Shown: positions 17,045 through 26,878 of the stretch, piece by piece
Numbering within the stretch: the stretch's first letter is position 1
Layout of the letters: each line of letters opens with the position of its first letter
Source of the DNA: Clostridia bacterium
GTDB taxonomy: Bacteria > Bacillota > Clostridia > UMGS1883 > UMGS1540
DNA length: 64,000 nt
Assembly: GCA_045533905.1 (NCBI GenBank)
Contig: JAZSIR010000001.1
Coordinates: forward strand, 32,001 to 96,000
Reading direction: 5' to 3'
Made by a program: the position numbers and the translations under genes
The notes under the pieces: model-generated
What the model was told of the DNA's origin: nothing
Database searches by the model: none
Seen by the model: the letters and a program-made list of their open reading frames with translations, nothing else

Positions 17045-17989
17045 CTACAGTAAGCCCAGAAAGCTTAAAAGGAACGTCCAGCCGAACAGGGTGATAAGGC
17101 ACAGCGCTGAAGAAATAACTACCAGGTGCGCCGCCAGCTGCTCGTCCCCACCCGTTTGCTGCGCCATCGTAAAGGACGACACGGCAACAGGTGCACCAAA
17201 GGTAATGAGCACACAAACGAGTGCTTCACCACGGATGCCGAGGCAGGCGGCCGCGGAAAGTGCCAGAAGCGGAATCCATATGAGCTTTGCACTGACGGTA
17301 ACCGTGATTTCTTTTATACATTTCCGTATCGACTGATATTCAAACTCCGCGCCGAGCGCGATGAGTGCAAGCGGCGTTGCCACCGCGGCAACATCCTTTA
17401 CTGAACTTTCGAGTAGCGAAGGCAATCGAAGATCCAAAAGCAAAAAGCCAACACCGAAAAGGCATGCTATAATTAAGGGGTTTTTGAAAATTTCCTTGAC
17501 CATATGCATAGTGGAAGGGCGACCCTCGCCGTTTCCGAACCAGGTGAGCGCAAAGATGGCCAGAATATTAAAAATCGGCACGACCACGCTTACCATGAGA
17601 GATGCCACGCCGCCCGCCCCGCTTCCATAGAGGTATCCCACGAAAGGAAGCCCCAAAAGTGCGAAGTTCGAGCGAAAGGTTCCCTGCAGTATTACGCCCC
17701 TTTTTGCATTTTCCTTTGCGGTGCACATTGCCACCGCATACCCGAGGGCGAAATTTATAAGAATTGCGATAATGGTGAAGAGAACGAGCTTTCCATCAAA
17801 GATACTGCCAAGGTCCGTTTTATACAGATTATAAAATAAAAGCACAGGCAAAAAGACTTTGAAAACCATTTTATTCATCGTATCAAAGCCTCTTTTATCG
17901 GTAAGCTTTATCTTTTTCAGAAAATAGCCGATAAGCATCAGCACAAAGAGAGGCGCCACGGCATTATATGACAGCTGTAAGCTTTCCAA
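17045..17989 (-). CDS. AEC family transporter
   Basis: VFKVFLPVLLF, FRSNFALLGLP, multiple TM segments; TTG start with GGAGG. Confidence 0.88.
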   Translation of the reverse strand: MESLQLSYNAVAPLFVLMLIGYFLKKIKLTDKRGFDTMNKMVFKVFLPVLLFYNLYKTDLGSIFDGKLVLFTIIAILINFALGYAVAMCTAKENAKRGVILQGTFRSNFALLGLPFVGYLYGSGAGGVASLMVSVVVPIFNILAIFALTWFGNGEGRPSTMHMVKEIFKNPLIIACLFGVGFLLLDLRLPSLLESSVKDVAAVATPLALIALGAEFEYQSIRKCIKEITVTVSAKLIWIPLLALSAAACLGIRGEALVCVLITFGAPVAVSSFTMAQQTGGDEQLAAHLVVISSALCLITLFGWTFLLSFLGLL

Positions 17990-18011
17990 TTGTTTTCCTC
18001 CGTACGCTTTT

Positions 18012-18680
18012 TTAGATCTTATAGGCCTTTTCGGTAGGAATGGCGAACACAATGCCGTTTGCTTCTGAAGTAAGGCCGAACGCCCCGTTTACATCCTGCA
18101 TAATCCGGCGGCTTGTTTCAAGCGGTGCAAGGATACAAAGGATTTCGCGCTCACCCTCGATATTTGTTTTGCCCATTGCGGCAAACTGCTCAACCTCGGC
18201 AAGGCGCCCTTTGATGATCGTGCCGCCGGTGGCACCTGCTTTTCTTGCAGTATGCATTACGTCCTCGGCGTAGCCTTCATTTACAGATATGAAAATCAAA
18301 TTGTTATGATGCTCGTTTTTCATTGCGCCATCTCCTTTTTCTGCGTTTACATCGTTATTGAAGCCGAGCACCTCCGTGAGAAGTCTGCTCGCGGCGGAAA
18401 CCCCCAGAATAATCATAAGACCGCCGTATTTTGAGTGGCTCTCAAAGGCCGTGCCGAAATTCGCCATCATCGTTTTGACAACACCCTCCGCGCCGAGGCT
18501 TATGATGATATCTTTATCGTGTGAACCAAGGCCGAAGATGTCCATCATTTCCGTAGGTGCCGTGCCGAGGCCGACCGATTGGAAATTGATACGGATATCG
18601 TTCTTTTCGAGTTCTTTTATCAGTTTTTGTCCTTTATCCCGTTCTACAATGGATAAAAGGAACATCGGTTTTTTGCTCAT
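18012..18680 (-). CDS. Tandem P-II-like domain protein
   Basis: Two P-II-like halves (GLGTA...; ARKAGATGGTIIKGR...GIVFAIP). Confidence 0.8.
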   Translation of the reverse strand: MSKKPMFLLSIVERDKGQKLIKELEKNDIRINFQSVGLGTAPTEMMDIFGLGSHDKDIIISLGAEGVVKTMMANFGTAFESHSKYGGLMIILGVSAASRLLTEVLGFNNDVNAEKGDGAMKNEHHNNLIFISVNEGYAEDVMHTARKAGATGGTIIKGRLAEVEQFAAMGKTNIEGEREILCILAPLETSRRIMQDVNGAFGLTSEANGIVFAIPTEKAYKI

Positions 18681-20200
18681 ACGCTCTCCTCCTCATCAAA
18701 GAACAGAATATCATCCTCGAGCATACTGATTTCGGTGTGAAGCCTCTGCAGCATGCGGGCACGTCTTCTCCTTTCAAAAAGGCCTAATGTCTGAATCGTG
18801 ATGAGCGGTGTCATCGCAATCATCGCTACAATGCCGAAGGCATCCATCATCACATTGCCTCCGATGGCCTCGCAGGCACCCATTGCAAACGGAAGCATAA
18901 AGGTCGATGTCATCGGACCGCTCGCAACGCCGCCCGAGTCAAACGCGATGCCGGTATAGATGTGCGGCACGAAAAAGCTGATGACAATGGATATGGCATA
19001 TCCCAAAATCAAAAACGGCATAATCGGCATCCCCGTAAGAACACGGAGCATAGAGATGCCCACAGAAATCGAAACGCCGACGGAAAGCGCCGTTGCTACG
19101 GCTTTCTGGGAAATAGCGCCGTTTGTAATTTCGCTGACCTGTCTTTTTAAGGAGTGCACCGCAGGCTCTGCAGAAACCACGAAGTAGCCCATCACCATAC
19201 CGACGGGAATAAGCATCGCGCGAAAGGAACCCCCGGCAAGCTTTGCGCCGATAAGGCGGCCTGCGGGCATAAAGCCGACGTTGGCGCCCGTCAAAAAAAG
19301 TACAAGCCCTATATAGGTGTATACAAAACCGACGGACATTTTGAGAACATTATGAATATGGAATCTCCTTGTGATAAGCTGAAAGACAAGAAAGACCAAA
19401 ACAATCGGCACAAACGCCATCAAAACCTCTTTTGCATATTTCGGGAGCCAGTGTGCAAACTCGCCGAAAGCTTCCGTAGTTGTGGTAATTTCCGTCATCG
19501 TATAGGTCGAGGTGGCAGCGTGGGGCCTGAAGAAAATGCTAAGAAGAAGCACCGACAAGATGGGACCGATACTGCAAAGTGCTACAAGACCGAAGCTGTT
19601 TTCGCCGCTATGCTTACCACCCTTGACAGAGGCAAGACCTGCACCGAGCGCCATAATAAAGGGCACCGTGATGGGTCCGGTGGTAACGCCGCCCGAATCA
19701 AAGGCTGTAGGTACAAATTCGGCCGGTGCAAAGAAGGAAAGGCCGATAATTAAGATGTAGAAAATAAGCAAAAGTGTGCGAAGTGGGATATTCTTTTTGT
19801 TCCGGACAAGCGTGATACTGAGAAAAACACCGACGCCGATACCGACACAGTTTATAAGAAGTGCATTCGGAATGGTAGGCACCTGCTCGGCAAGCACCTG
19901 CAGATCCGGTTCCGACACGGTAATCAGAAAGCCGAGAACGCCGCAGATAATAAGCGGCAGCAAAATTTTGCTGTTTTTATTGAGAGACTTCCCGATGCCA
20001 TCGCCAAGCGGTTCCATCGATATGCCGGAACCTACCGTAAAAAAGCCCATTCCGAGGATCAGAAGAATTGTGCCGAATAAAAACAGAACGAGCACCCCGG
20101 CATCGAGCGTTACTGCGGTGACAGACAGAATTAAAACAATAATCGCAATCGGCAAAACCGAGGAAAGCGATTCTTTGGCAGATGCATAAATATGTGACAT
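18677..20200 (-). CDS. DUF1538 family membrane protein (two repeats)
   Basis: SEPDL, AFDSGGVTTGP and AFDSGGVASGP. Confidence 0.88.
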   Translation of the reverse strand: MSHIYASAKESLSSVLPIAIIVLILSVTAVTLDAGVLVLFLFGTILLILGMGFFTVGSGISMEPLGDGIGKSLNKNSKILLPLIICGVLGFLITVSEPDLQVLAEQVPTIPNALLINCVGIGVGVFLSITLVRNKKNIPLRTLLLIFYILIIGLSFFAPAEFVPTAFDSGGVTTGPITVPFIMALGAGLASVKGGKHSGENSFGLVALCSIGPILSVLLLSIFFRPHAATSTYTMTEITTTTEAFGEFAHWLPKYAKEVLMAFVPIVLVFLVFQLITRRFHIHNVLKMSVGFVYTYIGLVLFLTGANVGFMPAGRLIGAKLAGGSFRAMLIPVGMVMGYFVVSAEPAVHSLKRQVSEITNGAISQKAVATALSVGVSISVGISMLRVLTGMPIMPFLILGYAISIVISFFVPHIYTGIAFDSGGVASGPMTSTFMLPFAMGACEAIGGNVMMDAFGIVAMIAMTPLITIQTLGLFERRRRARMLQRLHTEISMLEDDILFFDEEESV

Positions 20201-20346
20201 GCAAACGACTCCTTGCCCTAAACCCACACGGATTTTTCTATGTATATCCTGACGGTTTTCTGCAAATTCACAGTTATAGTTTATTATACCATATTCTTCT
20301 CTTTTTTGCAATTTTTTTGAAAAAAATAAAAAATTAAAAAAAAGAC

Positions 20347-20375
20347 TTGTATATTTCAAAAAGTTATGCTATAAT
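20347..20375 (+). promoter_or_regulatory. sigma-A promoter of rpmB
   Basis: TTGTAT, 17-bp spacer, TG-c-TATAAT. Confidence 0.65.
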
Positions 20376-20419
20376 GTATCTGTTTCAGTATGGAAACGAA
20401 CCGAAGGAGGTGTATATAT

Positions 20420-20605
20420 ATGGCAAAGTGTGATATCTGCGGAAAGGGCGTTTCGTTTGGCATTCAGGTCAGCCACTCGCACAGAAGAGCAAATAAGATG
20501 TGGAAATCGAACATCAGAACAGTTAAGGCTATCGTTGGTGGTACGCCGAAAACGGTGCATGTTTGTTCCCGTTGTCTGCGCTCGGGTCTTGTGACACGCG
20601 CTTAA
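20420..20605 (+). CDS. rpmB: 50S ribosomal protein L28 (Cys-containing form)
   Basis: MAKCDICGKGVSFGIQVSHSHRR...CSRCLRSG; AAGGAGG RBS. Confidence 0.97.
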   Translation: MAKCDICGKGVSFGIQVSHSHRRANKMWKSNIRTVKAIVGGTPKTVHVCSRCLRSGLVTRA

Positions 20606-20683
20606 TTCGTTTGGTTTGAGAAGAAGATATTTCCTCGCGAATATCTTCTTTTTTCATTTAGAGAGAAACATAGAAAGGACTTT

Positions 20684-21574
20684 TTGAAAGTGAAAAGAAA
20701 ACGTCGCTGGGGTGACCGCAAAGACGGGAGACGCCTTCGTACTCTCCCCCCGATGTCTATGGTTTCCCCCTATATTATGAAAACACGCGCAGGCGCGCAA
20801 AATAAAGTGCATTATACGTTGGATATTGCAAAGGTAGAAGACTATATCCGTAAAAAACGTGCCGAAGGGCTTAAGAGTTTTGGCGTTCTGCACGTACTCG
20901 TAGCCGCCTATGTGCGGACCGTGGCCGCAAGGCCCGCTATCAACCGCTTTATCTCCGGGCAGAAGATTTTTGCCCGCCACGACATTGAAACGGTGATGGC
21001 GATTAAAATGTCGATGACGCTCGATGCGCCCGACACGATGATTAAGCTGAAGTTTGCACCGTCGGCAACGGCGGACGATGTATACCATGCTTTTGTAAAG
21101 GAAATTGATGCAAACCGTGGTGAAGGTGCTGCGGAGGAAAGCGATTTTGATAAGCTCGCACGTATTCTCCGCTACATCCCGGGGCTTCTTCTTCGCTTTA
21201 CGGTTTCGATTCTGACCTTCCTCGATTACTTCGGACATCTGCCGCGGTTTTTGACGAATTTAAGCCCGTTCCATGGCTCGATGGTCATTACCTCTATGGG
21301 GTCACTTGGTATTCCGCCGATTTACCATCATCTGTATGACTTTGGCAACGTACCGATTTTCATCGCGTACGGCGCAAAGAAAAAGATGATTGTACCGCAA
21401 AGAGGCACGTGCGAGCCGGAGTACAAGAAGTTTCTGGACTTTACGGTGACTACGGACGAGCGCATTTGTGACGGATACTATTTCGCCTCTGCCCTAAAGT
21501 ATCTGTGCAGCATTCTCGAAAATCCGGATGTTTTAGACACGCCCCCGGAAAAGGTTATTGAAGATATTGAATAG
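20684..21574 (+). CDS. Stand-alone 2-oxoacid dehydrogenase acyltransferase-like catalytic domain
   Basis: RPAINRFISG, ITSMGSLG, TDERICDGYY; no lipoyl domain. Confidence 0.8.
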   Translation: MKVKRKRRWGDRKDGRRLRTLPPMSMVSPYIMKTRAGAQNKVHYTLDIAKVEDYIRKKRAEGLKSFGVLHVLVAAYVRTVAARPAINRFISGQKIFARHDIETVMAIKMSMTLDAPDTMIKLKFAPSATADDVYHAFVKEIDANRGEGAAEESDFDKLARILRYIPGLLLRFTVSILTFLDYFGHLPRFLTNLSPFHGSMVITSMGSLGIPPIYHHLYDFGNVPIFIAYGAKKKMIVPQRGTCEPEYKKFLDFTVTTDERICDGYYFASALKYLCSILENPDVLDTPPEKVIEDIE

Positions 21575-21618
21575 ACAAGATAAGGGACTGAAAACCTCGG
21601 TTTTCAGTCCCTTTTGTA

Positions 21619-23529
21619 TTATACAATGCGGCGGAATTGTTTCTCTATTTCCTTTTTTGTGAGTGACAGAATAATCGGTCTCCCGTGCGGGCAGGTGGCA
21701 ATGCCTTCCAGAAGAAGTGCCTTCTTCACAAGAACCTCCTGCTCCTTTTCGGAAAGGTACCGGCCGCCTTTTAAGGCCGCCTTGCAGGCGATGCTCTCGA
21801 GAGCTTCCATCTCGGCAGTGGTCTTGGTGTCCCGTCTTGCGGAAAGTCTGTCGATAATTTCCAGAAATGCGGCGGAGACATCGGTATCGGAAAGTGCCGT
21901 GGGCACCATACTGATTTTGACAATCCCCGTGCCGAACTCCTCGGCATCAAAGCCGATTTTCTGCACAAGTGCTTCGTTTTCAAGAAATACAGACATTTCG
22001 CTCGGCGAAAGCCGCACATTCGTAGGCATCAGAAGCATCTGGCTGTCCACGCCCTTACCCTTTATATCTTCAAGGAGGGCATTATATAAGATACGCTCGT
22101 GCGCTGCGTGCTGATCAACTAAAATGAGCTTTCCTTCTGCTTCGGCCACGATATAGGTATCAAATGCCTGCCCCAAAATGCGCACAAACGGCTCCGGCTC
22201 GGGTGCGGGCACAGCTTCGGCTTTACCTTCGACTGTAGATTCCGGTACGCGTGCGGGCGCAGGTGTTACCGCAGTTTCCTTCTTCTCAGGAAACTCCGGA
22301 AGCGGAACTTCCACGGAAATACGCGGTGCAGAGCACATCTCTTCTCTTTCTCCGGCATAGGAATATGCGGGCGGCGGCGTCACGGTCACCGTGCGCGGCG
22401 ACTCTCTCTTTTCCGGCGTTTCTGGCGTGGCAGCACGCGGCTTTGTGGGCGCTGAAGGCGGTACGACTTCGGTCTGCACCGGAGAAGCCGTCTCCCTCTT
22501 CGGCGGAGGCGTCGTTTCTATATGCAGCGTGCGCGTATCGCGGATCGCATAGAGCGAATTTTTCGTACCCCAGTAAATCACATCAAAAATGGGCTTGTCA
22601 TTTGCAAACTTGATTTCCGCTTTCGAAGGATGTACATTCACATCACAAAGTGCAGGGTCAATATTGATATGTAAAACGGCCACAGGGAATCTTCCTGTCA
22701 TAATCTGACCGCGGTATGCCTCCATAAGCGCTATGGAGAAGCTTTTATGCATAACACTTCTGCCGTTGACAAAGAAAATCTGAAACGTGCGGTTCGGCCT
22801 TGTCAGCTCACTTTTGCCAATGAGCCCCGTAATCTGCACGCCGTCCTGCGCATAGGAGACGGGAAGCATTGCCTCGGCATAGTCACGCCCGAAAAGCGCC
22901 AGAACTGCATTTTGTAGCTCGCCGTCACCGGGCGTGAAAAAGATTTCTTTGCCGTTTACAATAAAGCGAAAGGAAATATCCGGGCGTGCGAGGGCGATTT
23001 TACGGACAATCTCCTCCGCATAGCCTGCTTCAACACTGTCTTTTTTCAGAAACTTCATTCTTGCCGGCGTATTAAAGAATAAATCACGAACAACAACGCT
23101 TGTGCCGTCGGGACAGCCGCAAGGCTCGAGCAGCGGCTCGCCGCCACCTCGTACGGCGGCGCGCGTTCCCATTGCATCCTCGCGGCGCTTTGTTATGATT
23201 TCCACTTCCGCCACAGCCGCGATACTGTAAAGAGCCTCCCCGCGAAAGCCGAGTGTTACGATGCTTTCGAGATCCTCTTCCGTTTCTATCTTACTCGTTG
23301 CATGGCGCAAAAACGCCGTGGGTACATCCTCTTCGGCCATACCGCGGCCGTTATCGGTGACCCGCATATATGTAATGCCGCCACGGCGCAGCTCCACGGT
23401 AATATGGCTCGCCAAAGCGTCAATTGCATTTTCCACAAGTTCTTTTATAACAGATGCCGGGCGTTCTACCACCTCGCCCGCAGCAATAAGCGCCGCAACT
23501 TCAGGCGCCAGTTTTCTGATTTCTGCCAT
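21619..23529 (-). CDS. mutL: DNA mismatch repair endonuclease MutL
   Basis: IAAGEVVERP, GFRGEAL, DQHAAHER, CPHGRP. Confidence 0.97.
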   Translation of the reverse strand: MAEIRKLAPEVAALIAAGEVVERPASVIKELVENAIDALASHITVELRRGGITYMRVTDNGRGMAEEDVPTAFLRHATSKIETEEDLESIVTLGFRGEALYSIAAVAEVEIITKRREDAMGTRAAVRGGGEPLLEPCGCPDGTSVVVRDLFFNTPARMKFLKKDSVEAGYAEEIVRKIALARPDISFRFIVNGKEIFFTPGDGELQNAVLALFGRDYAEAMLPVSYAQDGVQITGLIGKSELTRPNRTFQIFFVNGRSVMHKSFSIALMEAYRGQIMTGRFPVAVLHINIDPALCDVNVHPSKAEIKFANDKPIFDVIYWGTKNSLYAIRDTRTLHIETTPPPKRETASPVQTEVVPPSAPTKPRAATPETPEKRESPRTVTVTPPPAYSYAGEREEMCSAPRISVEVPLPEFPEKKETAVTPAPARVPESTVEGKAEAVPAPEPEPFVRILGQAFDTYIVAEAEGKLILVDQHAAHERILYNALLEDIKGKGVDSQMLLMPTNVRLSPSEMSVFLENEALVQKIGFDAEEFGTGIVKISMVPTALSDTDVSAAFLEIIDRLSARRDTKTTAEMEALESIACKAALKGGRYLSEKEQEVLVKKALLLEGIATCPHGRPIILSLTKKEIEKQFRRIV

Positions 23530-23617
23530 ACTGTTTCCTCGCTTTTCTCTCGTTCTCTCCGTGCCCGCTAGAACAAAAAGGCAAATGAAAACTCATTTGC
23601 CTTTTTGTTTTGGCAGA

Positions 23618-23893
23618 TTACTCTGCGTCGTCTTGTTGCAGAAGCGTTTCTTCGTACTTACGAAGAATGGCACTCTGAAGAAGCTCTCGCATTTCGGCAT
23701 TGATCGGGTGCGCAACGTCCTTAAAAACACCCTCAGGCGTTTTTCTGCTAGGCATTGCTATGAACAGCTTGTCTTGACCTTCAATTACTTTGATGTCATG
23801 GATTACGATAGCGTTATCGAAGGTTACAGAAACAACCGCCTTCATTTTGCCCTCTGCCGTCATCCGCCTGACGCGGATATCCGTGATGTCCAT
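23618..23893 (-). CDS. spoVG: Septation regulator SpoVG
   Basis: [33 protein letters not shown]. Confidence 0.97.
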   Translation of the reverse strand: MDITDIRVRRMTAEGKMKAVVSVTFDNAIVIHDIKVIEGQDKLFIAMPSRKTPEGVFKDVAHPINAEMRELLQSAILRKYEETLLQQDDAE

Positions 23894-24070
23894 GAATGCA
23901 TCTCCTCCCGTTTATGTAGGTCAGAAGCGTCTCTAACCCCGCTTATTTACTATTTTATCAAATAAAAAATAAAATTTCAACAAAAATTACAATTTTATTG
24001 TATTTTTTTTATTTTTTAGTGTATAATATATATAATAGTATATTCTGATTTGGGAAAGGACAACATCGAA

Positions 24071-25441
24071 ATGGCATTTTTATTATCTTCCTTACCGCAC
24101 GGCGCACATATTCATTTTATCGGCATAGGCGGCATCAGTATGAGCGGCCTCGCCGACATACTAATAGACCGAGGCTTTCGCGTAAGCGGTTCTGATGTGC
24201 GCGAATCCCGCCTTACGGAGCATCTCCGTACGCGCGGTGCCACCGTGTACATAGGCCAACGTGCAGAAAACATCCAAAATCCGGATGCCGTTGTATACTC
24301 GGCAGCCATAAAGCCGGATAACGAGGAATTTCGCGCGGCCGAGGAATGCGGCGCGCCTTTGTTTGACCGTGCAACGCTGATGGGCGCGATCATGAAGCTT
24401 TATAAATACCCCGTAGCAATTGCGGGCACACACGGCAAAACCACAACCACCTCCATGATGACGCATATTGCACTCGCAGCTGACCTTGACCCCACCATTT
24501 CCCTTGGCGGGGAGCTTTCTGCCATCGGCGGCAACATCCGCGTTGGCGGCGGCGAGCATTTTATTTGCGAGGCTTGTGAATACCACCAGAGCTTTCTGCG
24601 GTTTTTTCCGCTTGTAAGTATTATTTTAAATGTAGAAGAGGATCATCTCGATTACTTTAGAGATCTTGACCATATTATGGATACTTTCCGCGGTCTCGCG
24701 GATTTAACGCCGCCGGAAGGGGCCGTAATCATCAATGCCGATGACGAAAACACCTGTACAGCAGTGTCGGAAAGTTCTGCCCGCATTATCACCGCTTCTG
24801 TACGGGACAAGTCAAAAGACTTTGTGGCCGTAGATATCGAAACGGATGAAGCCGGCTTCCCCGCCTTCTCCGTTTTAGAGTATGGAGAGAATCTCGGGCG
24901 CATTACGCTCTCCGTTTTCGGTATGCATAATGTATCAAATGCTCTTTGCACCGTGGCCGCTGCGCGTTTTCTCGGTATTCCGTTCTCGGCCATTTCGAAA
25001 GGGCTTGCTGCCTTCACAGGTGTTGGCCGCCGATTTGAAATCAAGGGCACGAAAGACGGCGTTATGGTGGTAGATGATTATGCGCATCACCCCACAGAAA
25101 TTGCCGCTACACTTCGCGTAGCGCAGGAGACCGCAAAAGGGCGCGTGTGGTGCATTTTTCAGCCGCACACCTATACGAGGACCAAAACACTGTTTGACGA
25201 CTTTAAAACGGTATTTTCAAACACAGGCGTACTTATGTTAGACATTTATGCCGCCCGTGAAAAGGATACGGGACTTGTAAGCGCAAAAGAGCTTGCGGAT
25301 GCAACGCCGGGCGCTATGTACCTTCCCTCCTTTGAGGCGTGCGCCGCATACCTTCTTGAAAATGTCAGAGAGGGAGATATGGTGCTGACGATGGGCGCGG
25401 GCGATGTATACCGCATCGGCGAAATGTTTTTAAAAAAATGA
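24071..25441 (+). CDS. murC: UDP-N-acetylmuramate--L-alanine ligase
   Basis: HFIGIGGISMSGLA, GTHGKTTT, DDYAHHPTEI, FQPHTY. Confidence 0.96.
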   Translation: MAFLLSSLPHGAHIHFIGIGGISMSGLADILIDRGFRVSGSDVRESRLTEHLRTRGATVYIGQRAENIQNPDAVVYSAAIKPDNEEFRAAEECGAPLFDRATLMGAIMKLYKYPVAIAGTHGKTTTTSMMTHIALAADLDPTISLGGELSAIGGNIRVGGGEHFICEACEYHQSFLRFFPLVSIILNVEEDHLDYFRDLDHIMDTFRGLADLTPPEGAVIINADDENTCTAVSESSARIITASVRDKSKDFVAVDIETDEAGFPAFSVLEYGENLGRITLSVFGMHNVSNALCTVAAARFLGIPFSAISKGLAAFTGVGRRFEIKGTKDGVMVVDDYAHHPTEIAATLRVAQETAKGRVWCIFQPHTYTRTKTLFDDFKTVFSNTGVLMLDIYAAREKDTGLVSAKELADATPGAMYLPSFEACAAYLLENVREGDMVLTMGAGDVYRIGEMFLKK

Positions 25442-25486
25442 ACAGATATACAAAAAGGCTTTAGCAAATAGCTAAAGCCTTTTTTC

Positions 25487-26818
25487 TTATTGCTCCGGCA
25501 TTTTCATAATGCCAAATTCGTCTTTGAGCCAGAGAAGTACTTCTCCATCGAGGGATGCCAGGCCTAAATTGAACTGACCTTTCAGTGTTGTATCCTTTCG
25601 GATGGTTTCGTACAGACCCTTTGCAATATCCACCTGTGCTTTGATTTCAGGTGTTTTAAACATAAACTGCCTGTCAATGATAGCCTTATCTTCATACGTT
25701 AATACATCTATAATGCAGTCATGAATCGTTGTGATTAAGAGATACGGCTCAACGCCGGAAAACTCATTGAGATGTGCACTTATGTCGTCACGCACAAATC
25801 TGAGCTGGTCGGCCATCGCCTTGTTTTCGAGCGCGTAGTTCGGCGTGGGCGTCGGTTTCGGCGTAGCCGTTGCAGTGGGCTTCGGAGAAGCGGTTGCAGT
25901 AGGTTTCGGCGTAGCTGTTGCAGTAGGCTTCGGAGAAGCGGTTGCGGTAGGCTTCGGAGAAGCGGTTGCGGTAGCACTCGGGCTCGTAGTTGCCGTGGGT
26001 GCAGGGCTTGCCGTGGGCGCAGGAGAAGCCGAAGGGCTCTGTGTGGGAACCGGTGTGGCTGTAGGTGTGGGCGTTGTGCCGCCGACAACATTGTTGCCGC
26101 CGCCTCCACCGCCGCCTCCACCGCCGCCACCGCCGCCTCCGCCGCCGGAGGAGCTTGTGGGTTTGGGTGTAGGCGTGGGAACTACAGGCACATAGAGATT
26201 TGCAAACATCTGGCAAAACTCAGCTCTTGTTATGTTTTGCGTAGCACGGAAGGTGTTCCCCGCTTCCAGCGAAACGAATGCATTTCCAAGCGCGGCCTGT
26301 ACATACGGAACGGCCCACTCGGAAACCACGTCACTGATTTCGGTTTTAATCCCCAAGTCAAAAAGAGCTGCCGTGCGGCAAAGGATAGCGCACGCTTGTT
26401 CTCTTGTTACCATATTCTGGCCGCGGAAGGTGCCGTCCTCATACCCTACGATGTAGCCGGCCTTCTTGGCAATCAGTACATAGTCATAATACCAGTCCTC
26501 AGCCGTTACATCCGAAAAACCGGTAGCGTCTTTTTCAGTGTAGGCGAAAATGGCATTTACAATCTTGGAAAGCTCTGCACGTGTGATGGGAGCATCCGGT
26601 CGGAATGTACCGTCGCCATATCCAAGCAAAATGCCGCCGTCGGCAAGCTTGTAGATGGCTTTTCCTGCATCTGTGTTCTTATCTACATCCGTAAACACAA
26701 TGGGAGTTTTCGTCTCCGCCGAGCGTGCGGAAAGCTCTGTTGCAGAAACGGATGCAAGTGTGGCGAACACTGTCATGGCAATTGCCAGAAACAATGCGCC
26801 TTTTCTTGAAGGTTTCAT
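25487..26818 (-). CDS. SLH-domain protein with poly-Gly and Pro/Thr linkers
   Basis: Three SLH repeats, long Gly run, KPTATA(S/T)P repeats. Confidence 0.88.
   Translation of the reverse strand: MKPSRKGALFLAIAMTVFATLASVSATELSARSAETKTPIVFTDVDKNTDAGKAIYKLADGGILLGYGDGTFRPDAPITRAELSKIVNAIFAYTEKDATGFSDVTAEDWYYDYVLIAKKAGYIVGYEDGTFRGQNMVTREQACAILCRTAALFDLGIKTEISDVVSEWAVPYVQAALGNAFVSLEAGNTFRATQNITRAEFCQMFANLYVPVVPTPTPKPTSSSGGGGGGGGGGGGGGGGGNNVVGGTTPTPTATPVPTQSPSASPAPTASPAPTATTSPSATATASPKPTATASPKPTATATPKPTATASPKPTATATPKPTPTPNYALENKAMADQLRFVRDDISAHLNEFSGVEPYLLITTIHDCIIDVLTYEDKAIIDRQFMFKTPEIKAQVDIAKGLYETIRKDTTLKGQFNLGLASLDGEVLLWLKDEFGIMKMPEQ
25845..26160 (-). repeat. Coding low-complexity repeats (24-bp PKPTATA[S/T] units and a GGN run)
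   Basis: Tandem 24-bp units and ccgccgcctcca repeats visible in the DNA. Confidence 0.85.
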
Positions 26819-26878
26819 TTTGTTCCCTCCTTGTTCTGAAAATCCGCCACGGCCACACGGCTGTGGCGGATTTTTTGA

